Positions 13,001 through 28,000 of a DNA stretch of 64,000 nt are shown piece by piece; within the stretch, counting starts at the first letter, position 1; each line of letters begins with the position of its first letter. Below the pieces are notes generated by a model. It searched no databases. It was not told the DNA's origin and worked only from the letters and a program-made list of their open reading frames with translations. The stretch is from an uncultured Oscillospiraceae bacterium. Its GTDB lineage: Bacteria > Bacillota > Clostridia > Oscillospirales > Oscillospiraceae. A program made the translations under genes and the position numbers. The DNA lies in assembly GCA_947627325.1 (NCBI GenBank), contig CANQVO010000003.1, forward strand, positions 43,263 through 107,262, in the 5' to 3' direction.

Positions 13001-16000
13001 AGGGCGTCGCCAACTACTCCACCACCCCCGTGCAGGTGAACAGCGGCGACTACGCCCTGGACGGCAAGGCGGAGTTCCGCCTGCTCTCCGGCGTGTACGC
13101 CATCTCCGCCGGCCGCCGCCACGCGGTGGCGGTGGCCCGGGAGAACATTTGGGATCCCGCCCAGGCCGCCTACGTCCGCGGCTCCGCCCTCTTCAGCTGG
13201 GGCGACAACACCAGCGGCCAGCTGGGCGCCCTGAGCGCCTCCACCGCCGACCAGAGCTATGAGCCCTACGCCCGCAAGGTCCAGGGCTTTGCCGGCGAAC
13301 ACGTCACCGCCGTCTCCGCCGGCGGCGCCCACACCCTGGTCCGGGTGGTGGACGCCGGGGGGAAGGCGTCGGTGGTGGCCTTTGGCAGCAACGAGTTCCA
13401 GCAGTTGACCCACGGCGTCCTGCCCGACGGCTCCTCCAGCGAGGACAGCAACCACTACCGCACCGTGGTGCGGGGCGAGTGGGTGCGGACCAAGGCCGAC
13501 GCCTGGATTTTGGACGAGGCCGCCCTGGTGGCCGCCGGCGGGGACTTCTCCGTGGTGATGCTGGAGAACGGCCGGGTGATGACCTGGGGCGACAACACCT
13601 ACGGCCAGCTGGGCCTGGCCACCAACGGCGAGAGCGGCACCCGGGACACCCGGGACGAGCCCTACTTCGCCGGTGAGCACCAGGCGGAGCTGTGGGAGTT
13701 CAGCTTCACCGGGGCCAACGTGCTGGACAGCTCCGGCGCCAGCAGTCTCACCGAGCTGGTGCTGGGCTGGACGGCGGGGAATGACTACGCCACCATCAAC
13801 ACCCGGGCCGCCACCCGCTACCTCTACGGCGGCTTCAACCTGATCACCTCCGGGGTGGACACCTTCAAGAACGTGGACATCGCCGCGACCTACCCGAGCT
13901 ACCGCTTCTACGCCACCGACCCCAGCGTGGTCAGCGTCCGCCAGCTGGCCGACGGCAGCTGGGTCATCCAGAGCGCCCCGCGCACCTACTCCTACTTCCA
14001 GAAGCTGGGCACCACCTCCGTCTCCGCCGTGGACGCCCAGGGCAACGTGATCGCCGTGTTCCGGGTGCGTATCAAGGGCACCGACGCCTCCGGCGCGTAC
14101 CGGGTGGCCACCCCCATGGTGGTGAGCACGGAGTACGGCACCGTGGCCCTGCGGGCCGACGGCTCGGTGTACGTTTGGGGCACCTTCATCACCAAGGGCT
14201 ACGGCGCCGCCGTCACCAAGCCCGCGGGCGGCCTGCCCGCCCACGGCGACCCCGCCAACCCCGTGCCTCAGGTGGTGGAGCGGTCTGTGACCTACACCAC
14301 CCCCACCCGGATGTCCCTGGGCAACGCCAAGATCGTCCAGATCGCCGCGGGCAGTTACCACAACAGCGACGCCGACCACGGCAGTCACGTGGTGGCCCTG
14401 GACACCGAGGGCAACGTCTACACCTGGGGCGACAACACCTACGGCCAGACCGGCTTCTACCAGGCGGAGGACGCCTACTACAAGACCATCATCTACAACA
14501 TCGTGGAGTACGGCCAGGTCCAGGGGGTGGAGAACGCCCCCGAGCGGTGGGATATCACCCGCAAGGTGCTCACCGGCTATACCGGCGCGCCCTTTAAGAG
14601 CACCGCCGCCGCCGATGACGCCACCTACGCCACCCAGGTGCTGGGCAGCTTCCAGAGCCTGAACGAGCACCTGGCCGCCCGGCAGCAGTGGTCGGCCTAC
14701 GAGAAGGACGACCTCTACGACGCTCTGGCCGCCGACACCGGCTATCGGGGCCGCCTGGACATCCACACCGGCGCCTTTGAGGAGAACTTTGACCCAGACA
14801 ACGAGCCCATGACCCTGCCCAGGATCGTGGCGGTGGCCGCCGGCGACCGGCACACCCTGCTGCTGGACGCCAACGGCAACGTGTGGGCCTTTGGTGACAA
14901 CTCCCAGGGCCAGCTGGGCCAGGGGGACACCGGCAAGATCTACTCCGACAAGCAAAACACCATCCGGGACACCCGCACCTACCGCGACGGCGCGCGCTAC
15001 ACCCCCGTCAAGGTCGTCCAGGGCGTGGCGGCCAGTACCGACGCCTATCTGGACAACATTATCTCCATCTCCGCGGGCGGGAACTACTCCCTGGCCCTCC
15101 GGGCCGACGGCACCGCCTTCGCCTGGGGCGGCAACGAGTGGGGCCAGCTGGGCACCATCTCCACCGGCCGGGTGGCCGTGCCCACCGAGATCGGCGCCTC
15201 CACTGACCAGGACGCCACGGAGTACTACTTCAAGAACGTGGTGGAGATCTCCGCCGGGCGGGACCACTCCCTGGCCGCCGCCATCGTGGGCAAGAAGATC
15301 CCCGCCCCCGCGCCGGAGGAGGAGGGCGAGCCCAGCGCCGACACGCTGGAGATCACCACCCGCGCCTACGCCTGGGGCTCCAACTGGTACGGCAAGCTGG
15401 GCCTGGGTAAGTACGGCATGGAGTTCTATCAGCAGGTCGAGGTGGACAAGACCATGTCCGCGGAGGGCTACCTCACCAACACCACCCGGCCCACCACCGT
15501 CTACCTGGTGGACGAGGACACCCGGGTGCTCCAGGCGCCCATGGAGGGGGTCTGGCAGGTTTTGGCCGGGCCGGAGTACTCCATGGTCCAGGTGGCCGAT
15601 ATCCTCACCGTCCGGGAGGCCCAGCACCCGCCCCTGGCCGATCCCAACGACACCCGCTACACCGATGACCACCCCGCCCTCCGGGGCACGGAGTATCTGG
15701 ACTCCCTGGTCTACACCTGGGGCCGCAATGACCAGGGCCAGCTGGGCCTTGGCTCCAAGATCGGCACCGAGCAGGTGGTCGTCCCTGACGACACCACCTT
15801 CCCCAGGAAGATGCTCAAGGGCGGCACCCTCTCCCGGGTGGAGGAGGTGGGCGGCGCGGAGCTGTCCACCTACGTGCGGGAGACCCTGGCCCTGGGCAAG
15901 GGGGAGCACACCTTCCAGACCGTCCAGGAGGACGGCACCGTCTGGTTCTCCGGCCGCAACAAGGAGCGCCAGGGCGCCGACTACACCGCCATAGAGCGCC

Positions 16001-19000
16001 AGGCCCTGACCCAGACGGGCAGCGGCACCTATTACAGCCTGGTCATCGGCGACGCCCGGGTGTATGACGAGCACGACACCTCCGACTCCGCCCAGCTCTA
16101 CCCCACCAACAGCGGCGGCGCCTACCTCTGGCCGCCCGCCATCTCCACCCAGGAGCTGCGGATGCCCCGCTCCATCACCATCTACGAAGACCAGCTCCTC
16201 TACATCAACGAAGAGGACCTGTGGGAGGTCTTCAGCAGTGAGTTCAACCTGATCGAAGACGAGTTTGAGCGCCGCCTGCCCCCCGACGCGGTGATCACCT
16301 ACACCTCCAGCGACGAGACCATCGCCCAGTTTGAATACGACGCGCAGAAGGGGATGTACTGTCTGCGGCCCACCAAGGAGGCCTACGGCCGTCTGATCAT
16401 CACCGTCAACAACGTCCACGACAACTACCGGGGGGATTATGAGGTCATCGTCCTGCCCACCGAGAGCGTGGGCGAGGGTCTGCCTGTGGCCTCCGTCACC
16501 GTGAAGGCCGCCGAGAACGCCACCATCGCCCTCCAGGCCAACGGCACGGTGTGGATGTGGGGCCGGATCGGCCTGCGCCGCGGGCCCACCGACGAGCGGG
16601 GCAGTTACACCCTCTACTGGGATAAACGCCCCCACGGCACCAGCCGACTGGTGAACGGCAGTGACAAAGACCTTGGCATCGACGTGGAACTCAACCCGGT
16701 GTACTACGTGACCTACGAGTACCCCGTCCAGGTGAACTTCAGCTCCGTGCTCAGCGCCGGGGAGTACATCGTGGACATCGACGCCTACGGCCAGTCCCTC
16801 CGGAGCGACGGCGTGCAGAGTTTCATCGCCCTGTCCAACCTGGGCCGGGTCTACACCTGGGGCAACAACGACTACGGCCAGCTGGGCAACGGCACCTGGA
16901 ACGACTACACCCGCTATATTGGCAAAAATGGCGGCTCCAGTTCCACCGACTGGAACCACTACCAGAACAGCCGCGACACCCTGACGCCGCAACGGGTCAC
17001 CGGCTTTAACGCCACCGGGGACTACACCGGCCAGAACGACGAGGTCATCCTCTCCGTGGCCATGGGCGACGGTTTTGCCCTGGCGGCTTCCAACTCCGGC
17101 AAGGTCTACGCCTGGGGCCGGAACGACCGGGGCCAGATCGGCCAGGGCTATGTGGGCCAGTGGGAGTCCCGGGTCATCAAGACCCTATCCAGCTACTCCT
17201 ACAACTACGACGACGCCATGCCCGCCGCGGGCACCATGGTCATCACCAGGCCCAAGCTGGTGCTGGGGATGCAGGGCCTGGGCACCCTTCAGCACGTGGC
17301 CCAGGTGGTGGCGGGCAAGGACCACGCCCTGGCGCTGCGCTCTGACTCCCTGGTTTACGCCTGGGGCGACAACACCCAGGGCGAGCTGGGCGACAACTGG
17401 GCCCGGGAGGGCGCGGACGCGGAGTCCCAGGCCAAGCAGCTCTACCACACCTATCCCGTCCTGGTCCGCTCGGGCGAGAGCGACGAGGACGCCTACTTCC
17501 TCCGCAACGTGGCCCGCATCGACGCCGGGGACAACTACTCCATGGTCATGACCCGGGATGGCCGGGTGTTCACCTTTGGCGACAACACCTACGGCCGCCT
17601 GGGCGTGGAGACCAACCGCAAGGGCGCCAGCCTGGTGGGCGGGCAGTCCCCCGTGCCGGTGGAGGTCCTCATCCGGGACGAGGCCACCGGCGGGATGGTC
17701 CCCCTGGAGGCCCGCCTGATCAACGCCGGGCCCAACCACGCCATGGCTCTGAGCGTGGACGCCAAGAACGAGCTGTACGCCTGGGGCAAGAACACCTTCG
17801 GCCAGCTGGGCGACGGCACCCAGGACGACCGCTCCACCCCCGTGCGGGTACTCCGCGGGGACAACGATATGACCTTCGCCACCGGGGCCGACCCGGTGGA
17901 CGGGAGCGGCCTGTTCCGCTTCGCCAACGAGTTCTCCGGCGGCGAGGACTTCACCGTCATCGCCCGGGAGGACGGCCAGATCTACATGATGGGCGACGAC
18001 AACTGGGGTAAGTACGACTACGACACGGGCGACCCCCTGATCCGGGAGGACACCCTGGTGCCCGACCGCTTTGGCAACGACACCGGCTGGCTCTACGTTT
18101 GGGCCAAGAAGACCACCGGCGCTGACGGGGACGTGTACGAAAAGCAGTCCAACGTCATCGACCTGGTCTACGCCGTCCAGCCCGACACCTACACCTTCCA
18201 CATGATGGACGCGGCGGGCTCGGCCAGCTATCAGGACGGCCGGGATGAGGACCTGGTCCCCGCCACCTCCGCCAACGTCCAGTTCATCCCCTTCCGGGAG
18301 TTGTACCAGGACTACTACTACGCCTACTCCATCCGCTTCTCCGCCTACCGCACCCCGTTTGTCAAGACGGTCAACGGGGTGGAGAGCGTGGACACCAGCA
18401 CCCTGTGGGTGGACTCCTCCGATCCCAGCGTGGCCGTGGCGGAGATCGTGCCCGGGGTGGAGGGCGGCATCCGCGTCACCACCACCGGCGTGGGCACCGC
18501 CAACATCTACCTCTACAACACCGCCGCCCCCGGCGAGCCCGACCAGGACGACGGCCACCGCCGCAGTGGGCCCTACACCACCATCTTCCGCGTCCGCTCC
18601 ACCGAGCTCTCTCAGAGCGTCCGTGCCGCCCGAGAGGACGATCCGGCGGTCTTCGCCGGCATCGCCCCCGCCACCGCTGTGCCCATGGTGGCCTCCGGGC
18701 TGAACTTCACGGTGGCCCTGAAGGCCAACGGCACGGTGTGGTTCTGGGGCCGGGCCTACAACGGCAGTACCACCTCCAGCACCACCTACCCCGTTCAGGT
18801 CACCGCCTCCGGGACGCCCATTTTGGGCAGCCATGTGGCGGCCGGGACGAACCGGGCCATCGTCGCCGCCCAGGATGGGCGGGTCTACGTGGTGGACGGG
18901 GCCTCCGCCACCCTGCAGCTCACCGCCGCGGGCGGGGCCGCCCTCTCCGGCATCACCCAGGTGGCCGCCGGAGGCGCCACCCTCTCCTGGACGGAGAGCC

Positions 19001-22000
19001 GCGTGGGCGAGACGCCCACCCGCTCCACCCGGGACTGGTTCGCCGCGCTGGACGGCACCACCGGCGAGGTCTACGTGTGGGGCAACAACCTCTTCACCGA
19101 ACTGCGTAAGAGCGGCCAGACCAGCCTGCTCTACGATCTGCCCTACCCGCAGAAGCTCCGGGCCGGTATGTCCCCCAGCCACACCGGGGAGGTCAAGGGC
19201 TCGGTGGGCCTGGAACACAACATCTACCTCACCAACATCGTGGAGATCAAGGGCGGCTACGCCTCCTTGTACCTGCTGAGCCAGGAGGGCAAGGTCTATG
19301 TGGTGGGCCAGGGCGATTTGCGCTCGCAACACCTGAACGACAACGGCGACGGCTCTCTGGACACCGCCCACATGGACAACGGCGCGGTCTCCCTGGCGGG
19401 CGACGGGGTGCGCAACAGCCTCCTGGGCGCCGGGCGGGACGGGCGCACCTACACCGTCAAGGAGTATAACCCCTACCCCGTGGCCGCCGGCGGCACCGAC
19501 GTGGGCCAGCTGGACCACGTGCTGACCTTGGCCGCGGGCAAGTACCACGCCCTGGCCCTGACCAGCGAACTGCTTTGGGACGCGGAGGCGAGCACGGCGG
19601 AGCAGGCCGTCTACTACAAGAGCCACGACCTGGTGAGCTGGGGCGACAACAGCTACGGCCAGCTGGGCCGGAACGACCTGGTCTCCGCCCCCGCCCCCGG
19701 GTATGTCACCGCCCTGACCAACACCAGCTCCGGCGTGGACGCCGCCACCGGCAAGAACACCCAGGTCCTGCGGATCTACGCCGGCGGATACAACTCCGGC
19801 GTCATCTACGACGGCGACCAGGACTACGCCACCGTGGCGCCGGAGGACAACTTCGCCTTCATTTGGGGCAAGAACGCCAACCAGAACATCGGCAACGTGT
19901 ACGCGGACGCGTCGGTGGACGGCGTGCCCGCCCCCGTGCTCACCGCCCAGCGGCCCCTGCGGGGCAACAGCCGCAACGCCCTGAGCCTGAGCGGCGAGAG
20001 CGACCCCGCGCCGCGGTACGCCGGGTATTGGAACCGGCCCTATATGCTGGCCTTCGGGGAGAACACCACCGTGGGCGTGCAGGCGGAGGGCTCGGTTTGG
20101 GCCTGGGGCTCGGACACCAACGGCGCGCTGGGCAACTACGGCGACACCGGCGCGGAGCAGGGCAGCCTGTACGGCACCACCAGCGCCAATATGCCCGTCC
20201 AGGTGGGCAAGGAGGACTTCTACGACCTCCAGGTGGATGACGCCACCCTGACCACCTACCTCATCTCCGGCACCGACAACGCCTACGCCCGCTTCTACAC
20301 CCACACCGTGGAGATGGCGCAGAGCACCCTGTTCAGCCACTCCGCCGTGACCCTCACCACCTCCGACGGCGACGGCACGGCCACCTCCTATGTGGAGTGG
20401 CCCATGAAGTGGTACAACGACGTGGACGCCCAGCTGCCCTTCGCCCAGCAGAGGGTGACCCTCCAGCCCATGCAGTATCTGACGGTGGATCTGACGCAGA
20501 TGTTCATCCGGGCGGACTGGGGCTACAACCTACGGACCGACCTGTTTGACGACGTGGGCGCCAACTGGGCGAAGATGGCGGTCAAGAGCATGAATACCGA
20601 CCTTGTGACCCCGCGCTTCCACGACTTCAAGGTCCTGGACGGCCAGGGCAGACCCGCCGAAGCCACCACTCTGGTGGGTTCGGATGTTGTGGCGCTTACC
20701 GACGCCGCCGTGACCGACAACGGCGACGGCACCTTCTCCTACATCGACGCCTCCGGCATCGCGCGGCCCTGCTATCCCACCAAGGTGGACCTGGTGCCCA
20801 ACCGGGTGAACATCGGCGCGGGCGGCCAGGTGACGGTGGTGTTCCAGGACCTGGAGCACAAGGCTCAGGCCCTGGTGATGCTGCGGGTCATCCCCGCCTA
20901 TGACGAGGACGCCGTGGACCAGTCCTACCTCCTGGACCACCTGCGGGATAAGACCGCCGCCTCCGGCGAGGGGGCGGAGGAGGCCGTCACCGTGGAGGCC
21001 ACCGACAACAACCAGAAGCTGGTGGCCCTGCCCAAGGTGGCCGCCGGCGGCGACCACTTCCTGGCCCTGAGTTCCGACGGGGCGGTCTACTCCTGGGGCG
21101 GCAACTTCCGGGGCCAGCTGGGCACCGGGACCACGGCCAACCGGGTGGAGGTCAACAAGTACGCCGACTACCTGGGCAACATCGAGCCCAACGGCTACAC
21201 CGGCTCCTCCTCCTGGCGGCACAGACTGGGCGACAACCAGAGCATCCGCTCCAACAACGGCCAGACCGCCATCCTGGGCTCCATCCACCAGGACAGCCCC
21301 CAGCAGATCCCCGCCAGCTACTTCGGCGGCGCCCCGGTCATCGACCTGGCCGCCGGGGACGAGGCGTCCATCGCCGTGAACGCCAAGGGCGTGGCCTATC
21401 AGTGGGGCTGGAGCTTCACCATGATGCAGAACGACGAGAACTGCACCAACAGCAGAGGGTACTATGACCACTACGCCCGCATCCTCATGTACCCCAGGCC
21501 GGTGCAGATCTCCGGCTGGCCCACCAACATCGTGAAGGTGGGCGTGTCCTCCCATGTGGATCTGAGCGACTGGCGCTCCACCTGGCCCTCGGCCAGCGCC
21601 AACCTGGGCAACCAGGTGGCGGTGTACTACGGCCTGAGCGCGGACGGCCATCTCTACCAGAAGTATGAGTATGGCACCATCAACAACTCCAGCGGCCAGA
21701 ACGAGGTCTCCGGCAGCAGCGGGTTGAGCTACCACACCGTCAGCCGTATGATGGTGGATCAGGACGGCAACGCCCTGTCCCACATCATCGACTTCGCCGT
21801 CAGCGAGAACGTCCTGGTCGCCCTGGCCGCGGACGGCTCGGTCTACTATCAGGACATCGCCTACAACGGCAGCGCCACCGCCTACGCCTCCGGGTATAAC
21901 AAGGTGCGGGGCAACGTCCTCCAGCACGTCTACAACGTCGCCTTTGAAGCCGCCGGGCAGGCCGACCACACCGGCGAGGACTTCTACCAGCGGAACATCA

Positions 22001-25000
22001 CCTCCGTCTCCGCGGGAGACGGGCCCATCTACATGACCCGGGAGCAGAAGGCCCTCTACGGGGCCGCCGCCGGGGCGATCCAGACGGGGGCCGATGTGGT
22101 CGCCGCCGCCACCGGCGCGACCCAGGACGCCGCCACCGGCCGCTACCCCTTCCAGGACGGCACCTCCTTCTACCTCACCGACGCCGCCTCCCACGGCGGG
22201 TCCACCCACATCCAGGGCGCCCTTTACAACGCCGACGGGACGGTGGTGGAGCGGAACGTCACCTACACCTGGGGCGCGGACGAGAACGGCCAGCTGGGCC
22301 GCGGCGGTACCGGCGACGCCGTGACAGTGGAGCGCGTGGGTGCCCACTGGAACGAGACCGATCCCGCCGAGCGCTATCTGCGGGGCATCACGCAGATGGA
22401 CGTGACCACCGGGCAGTTTGGCAAGACGGGGATCTACCTCACCGAGGCGGGGGAGATCTTCACCTCCGGCTCCAACACCCTGGGCCAGCTGGGCACCCAG
22501 GAGAATTTTGAGGGCGACGCCGCCCTGCGGACGAACGTGGACGGCAGTACGCTGACCAGCCTCTTTATTCGGAGCGGGGAGTTTGACACCGCCGTGCCCA
22601 AGCGCGCCGGGGACATGGGCCTGGAGAAGATCGTCCTCCTGGGGGCCCAGGAGAGCGACCCGTTGGGCGATCACCCGGTGGACAACCGCTTCGACGAGAG
22701 CGATCCCTTCTTCATCCTGCCCGCGGGGGACACCGCCCGGGTCACCGGCCTGGTGCTGAAGCGCTACTACGGCCTGAATTTGAGCCAGCGCGCCGAGCAG
22801 GATCCTCTGGCCAGCCACACCGGCCTGGCCACCACCGTCAACAACTACGCGGACGACCAGAACACCCTGACGATGGACCAGGTGCTGGACGGCGGCTCGG
22901 CGATCTTCGGCGCCAAGTACTGGTCCGACCTGCCCCAGGCGGGGAACACGGACCGCTTCGTGTATGAAGTCTCCGATGAGCGGCTCTTCACCGTGGAGCC
23001 CACGCTGGACGGCGACCTGCTCATCAAGGCCAACACCAACGGCTATTACGGCCAGGGCATCCTCACCGTCTATGACACGGTGACCAGGGCTCAGGGCTCG
23101 CTGTCCATCACCGTCCGCCAGGTCCTCCGGGGCGTTGGGCCGGACGGCGACGACGTGGCCGTGGCCGCCGCGCCCAAGATCGCCGCCGCGGCCAACTACT
23201 CCGCGGCCCTGACGGCGGACGGGAGCATTTGGGTGTGGGGCACCACCGGCGGCGCCAGCCCCACCCGCCTGGGCCCGGACGAGGCGCGCTTTGTGGACAT
23301 CTCCGCCGCGGACGACACCCTGCTGGCCGTGAGCGAGGACGGGCGGATCTACTCCGCCGCCAACCGCGCCGACGTCACCGCCCTGACCCCCCTCAACGGC
23401 GGGGCGGACTTCCAGGCGGAGCGGTTCGTGGCCGTGGCCGGCGGCGTTGACCACTACCTGGGCCTGTCTCAGAGCGGCCATGTGTACGCCTGGGGCAAGA
23501 ATACCCACGGCAAGCTGGGCGACGGCACCGGCGTGGACGCCGCCACCCCCGTCCGGGTGGACGGCCTGGTGGGCGGCAGCGCCCAGGAGCCCGGGCTCCA
23601 CTCGGTCATCGCCGTGGCCGCCGGAGGGGAGTCCTCCGCCGCGCTGCTCTCCAACGGGCAGATCTACACCTGGGGCCTGAACAACTACGGCCAGATGGGC
23701 GTGGACACCGACAACCAGGCCGTGGACCTGCTGGGGACCTCCGCCGCCCGGGAGTGGAACAACAAGGACGTGCCCATCGCCGTGCGGGTCACCGCGGACA
23801 GCGACGACCAGCTCAAGGGCCTGACCTATGACAAGTATCTCCGGGGCGCCATGGCCGTGACCATGGGCGACAGCTTTGTCGGCGCTCTGACTCGGCTCCA
23901 CAGCGTCTACACCTGGGGCGACAACACCTACGGCCAGCTGGGCCAGGCCAAGTACGGCCAGGCCCAGGAGGACGGCCAGCCCGCCGTGGACGCCGGCGGC
24001 ATCCCCGTGATGACCCCCGGCGGCTTTACCGCCGAGGCGGTGGACGACTCCGCCTGGCCCGGGGAGCACCCCGCTCAGATCAGCGCCCGGGGCAACAGCT
24101 TCGTGGTGATGACCCAGGAGGGCTACGGCTATATCGTGGGCCGGAATCTCAGCCTGGGGGTGGAGAAGTCCAACCAGTTCACCTCGGTGGACAAATTCAA
24201 CGCCGACACACAGATCAACCGGGGCCTGACCGACGTGTTCTACTACAACTCCAACGCCTATGAGCCGCGGCTGGACAAGATCATCTCCATCGTCCTGGGC
24301 GACCGGCACGGCCTGGCCCTGCGGGACGACGGCACCGTCTACGCCTGGGGCGCCAACGACCACCAGCAGCTGGGCGGCTACTATAACGACGCCGTGGCCG
24401 ACGTCCGCACCCAGGCCCAGGCGGAGGCCGCCGGGGAGCCCTGGACGGAGGCGGAGCGGCTGAGCGCCAGCCTGATGGAGAACAAGGCCGCCAACGGCGA
24501 TCCCAGCTGGCGCACCTACCCCTACCGGGTGGGCGCGGACGACTACCACAGCCTGTTTGTGAACAACGCCCTGTCCATCGACGAGGGCGCGTACTCCCTG
24601 CTGAACCAGGGCGATATCACCGACCGGCTCAACTGGGTGAAGCCCGAGGCGGATAATGGCGCCACGAACAACGTCACCGACCAGGCGTTCGTCACCATCC
24701 ACGAGAACCAGACCCTGACCATCGACCTGTCCAAGGTGACCATGGAGTACGTCTCCGGCTTCCACCTCTGGAACGATATGAGCACCAGCGATATGCGCGC
24801 CGCCGCCTACGGCGACCCGGCCAACAGCGTGGCGCCCACCGAGAGCTCCGCCACCACCGGCCGCACCCTTCGGGAGACCGGGCAGCTGATGGGCTTGGGC
24901 TTCTACACCGTGGCCTCCTCCAACGAGAATGTGGCGGTGGCCAAGCTGACGCCGGACGGTACCACCGTGACGATCACCCCCACCCCCGGCGGCTACGGCA

Positions 25001-28000
25001 CCGCCGTCATCCTGCTCAAGTGGACGGGCGTGGTGGATCCGACGGTGGAGCGCAGTGCCAACGGCACCGCCGAATACGGCCTTATCGCCCTGAACGTCAT
25101 TCAGGACACCACCGCCGTGCCCACCATGAACAACACCGGCGCCTACCGGGCCACCCGGATCGCCGCGCCGCAGATCGGCGCGGGCGCCGCCTTCATGGCC
25201 GCCCTCCGGGCGGACGGCACCGTGTGGACCTGGGGCCTGAACAACTACGGCCAGCTGGGCGACGGCTCCACCACCAACCGCGCCCTGCCCGTCCAGGTGG
25301 TCACCGACGTGTACGGCACCCCGCTGACCGGCATCGTGGCCATCAGCGTGGGCGACACCTTCGCCCTGGCCCTGGATAAGAACGGCCAGGTGTGGGCCTG
25401 GGGCCAGAACGGCAGCGGCCAGCTGGGCCAGGGCAACACCACCGCCCAGTACACCTACGCCCAGCGGGTCCTGCGGGGCGCGCAGGACGCCTCCGGCGAC
25501 GCCGACCAGCGCTATCTGTCCAACATCCGCGCCGTGGCCGCCGGCGGCGCCTTCGCCGGAGCGGTGGACCGCAACGGCTACGTCTACACCTGGGGCGTCA
25601 ACACCAAGGGCCAGCTGGGGGACAACACCAACGCCACCCGCACCACCCCCGTCCGGGTGCTGGCCGGCTCCACCGCCGTGGGTGCGGTCCAGACCCGCCA
25701 CGCCTACGACGGGTATCTGCGCAACGTCATCGCCCTGACCGCCGGGAAGAACCATATGCTGGCCCTGCTGGACAACAGCGCGGTGGTGGCCTGGGGCGAG
25801 AACGCCTCCGCCGCGGCGGGGGACAGCCAGCAGCTGGGCACCGAACACACCGACTCCACCGCCATCCCCCTGCCTGTGGCCCGGGGCAACAACCCCGCCG
25901 GCCGGGACGAGGTCCGGCCCAACGAGTCCCGCTTCATCCGCCAGGTCACCGGCCTGGCCGCCGGGCGGCAGACCAGCGTGTTCCAGACGGTCTCCCCCGC
26001 GGCCTGGAGCGCCGAGACTGTCTCCGGCTATGAGAAGGGCTACGCCCTGGTCACCGGCAACCTCCTGCCCCACAACGCCACCGGCCAGCGGAGCAAGTGG
26101 GACCGGCCCGCCCTGGTCACGCAGAGCGAGGACGACTTCCTGCGCGCGGACAGCATTCCCAACGTCTATCAGGTGGCCGCCGAGGCGGACAACGTCACCC
26201 TGATGACCGGCCCCGCCACCGACCCGGCGACCAGCCTGGTTTGGGGCCTGGGCGTCAACACCGACGGTCAGCTGGGCCAGAGCTACTTCACCGGCCAGAA
26301 CACCGACACCGCCGAGAACGACGCCACCATTGGCCCGGCCAAGCTCCTGGCGCCCCAGGCGCAGCAGCCGGTGGACAGCCGGGCCACCGTGACCATGTCG
26401 AACAATGCCGCCGTGGCCAGCGGCGACTTCAGCACCACCCTCTACCAGACCGACGGCACCGTTTGGGCCGTGGGTCGGGGCACCTCCGGCCAACTGGGCA
26501 ACGGCGGGACGGAGAGCCGCGCCCTGCCCGTCCAGGTGGGCCAGAGCAACACCACCTCCGTCAAGCCGGTGGATGTGTCCGTCTCCGCCGCCGCGGCGGG
26601 GGTGGCCGACCGCCGTTACCAGGCCTATCCCGCCTCCGGCCCCGCCCAGCTCCTGCCCGACTTTGTGACCATGGGCGTGGAAGACACCATGACCCTCAAC
26701 GTGGGCGAGGACAAGGGCGGCCTGCGCCTCCAGCAGAACGCCGGGTTCAACCTCTATAAGGACGCCTACCTCACCAACCTGCCCGACGGCGCGGTGGTGC
26801 GGTACACCTTGAGCGACTACACCATCGCCACCTTTATTGAAGGCACCGTGGGCTCGGACAACCAGGCCACCGGCGGCGTGGTCAAGCTGGCCAGCACCGA
26901 GAAAAAACTGGGCTCCACCGACCTGATCATCGCCGTCTACGCCTCCGCCGAGCCGGACGCCGCCATGCTGGCCGTGGGCGTCACCCGGATCACCTTCATC
27001 CAGGCCAGCCAGATCACCAAGACCGCCGTGGCCGCCGGGGTGGACCACTCCGTGGCCCTGGCCGAGGACGGCACCCTGTGGGTTTGGGGCTCCAACCGGC
27101 AGGGCCAGCTGGGCCTGCCCACCGCCAGCACCGCCGACCAGCTGGGCCACACCTACCTGGAGTACCCCTACCACCTGATCGTCACCGACGACGAGGGCAA
27201 CGAAGTGCTCTTCCAGGCCGTGGCCGCCGGGGACAACTACACCCTGGCCGTGGATCTGGACGGGACGCTGTGGGCCTGGGGCGGCTCCCGGGGCAACGTG
27301 CCCGCCAAGACGGAGCTCACTGACATCGACCAGATCGCCGCCTACCGCCAGCGGGCCATCGCCAAGGCGGGGGACACCATCTACACCTCCACCGATGCCA
27401 TGGCGACCTGGACGGAGATCGACACCCTCCACACGGTCAAGCAGGTGGCCGTGGGCGCGGAGCACTTCATGGCCCTGGCCGACTACACCGAGGAACTCGG
27501 CGGCACCGTCTACACCTGGGGCGCCAACACCTACGGCCAGCTGGGCGCCGGGCTCCAGCGCGCCACCGACAACAGCCTCTCCTGGGTGGTCAACAATGGC
27601 AGCTTTGTGGCCGCCAACGCCAACACTTCTTATAACAGCGGAAACCGGGAGGTCCACACCTCCTCCTACCTCATCCCCGACTTCGACGTGACCCGCGCCG
27701 AGCCCGAGGCGGTGGTCACGGAGACGTGGGCCAACAGCCAGATGCGGCCGGTCTACACCAACTTCCGGGGCGGCGTCTACGAGTACGTCTACCTCAACGT
27801 GGTCACCCAGGGCCGGGTGGGCAACAATGTCCAGACCCGCAAGGAGATCGACGGTCATCCCGCCTACACCTACACCGACGGCACCGGTGCGTATACAGAT
27901 GTGCTGGTCTATGAGGACGGCGGCACCTGGTACACCGAGGCCGGGGAGGCCCTGGAGACGGCGCCCGCCGCGGAGCACCTCACCGAGGCGTTTGAAACCA

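Larger units (their letters stand above)
11221..13614 (+). repeat. RCC1-like beta-propeller P5 (seven blades counted, interrupted by a ~400 aa insertion)
   Basis: Entry APMIAAGKDHVVALKADGTVWAWGRNDQGQLG (11218-11313). The last blade, VAAGGDFSVVMLENGRVMTWGDNTYGQLG, ends at 13614. A Big_2-like domain follows: YRFYATDPSVVSVRQLADGSWVIQSAP...GTTSVSAVDAQGNVIAVFRVRIKG (13900-14079). Confidence 0.85.

Noticed and set aside
4351-16992. Minus-strand ORF of 4,213 aa
   Set aside because: It is the same antisense shadow. It ends at the complement of the sense TTA at 4351-4353 and starts at a TTG (complement of the sense CAA at 16990-16992). There is no recognisable protein signature.
19339-19362. DNGDGSLD loop resembling a dockerin or EF-hand calcium-binding loop (also DLDGDG at ~54355-54375)
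   Set aside because: These are single isolated loops inside RCC1 blade loops, without the paired repeat and helices of a dockerin or EF-hand. Asp/Asn/Gly-rich turns are common throughout this protein, so there is not enough evidence for a domain call.
17185-20340. Minus-strand ORF of 1,051 aa
   Set aside because: It is the same antisense shadow, bounded by the complement of the sense CTA at 17185-17187.
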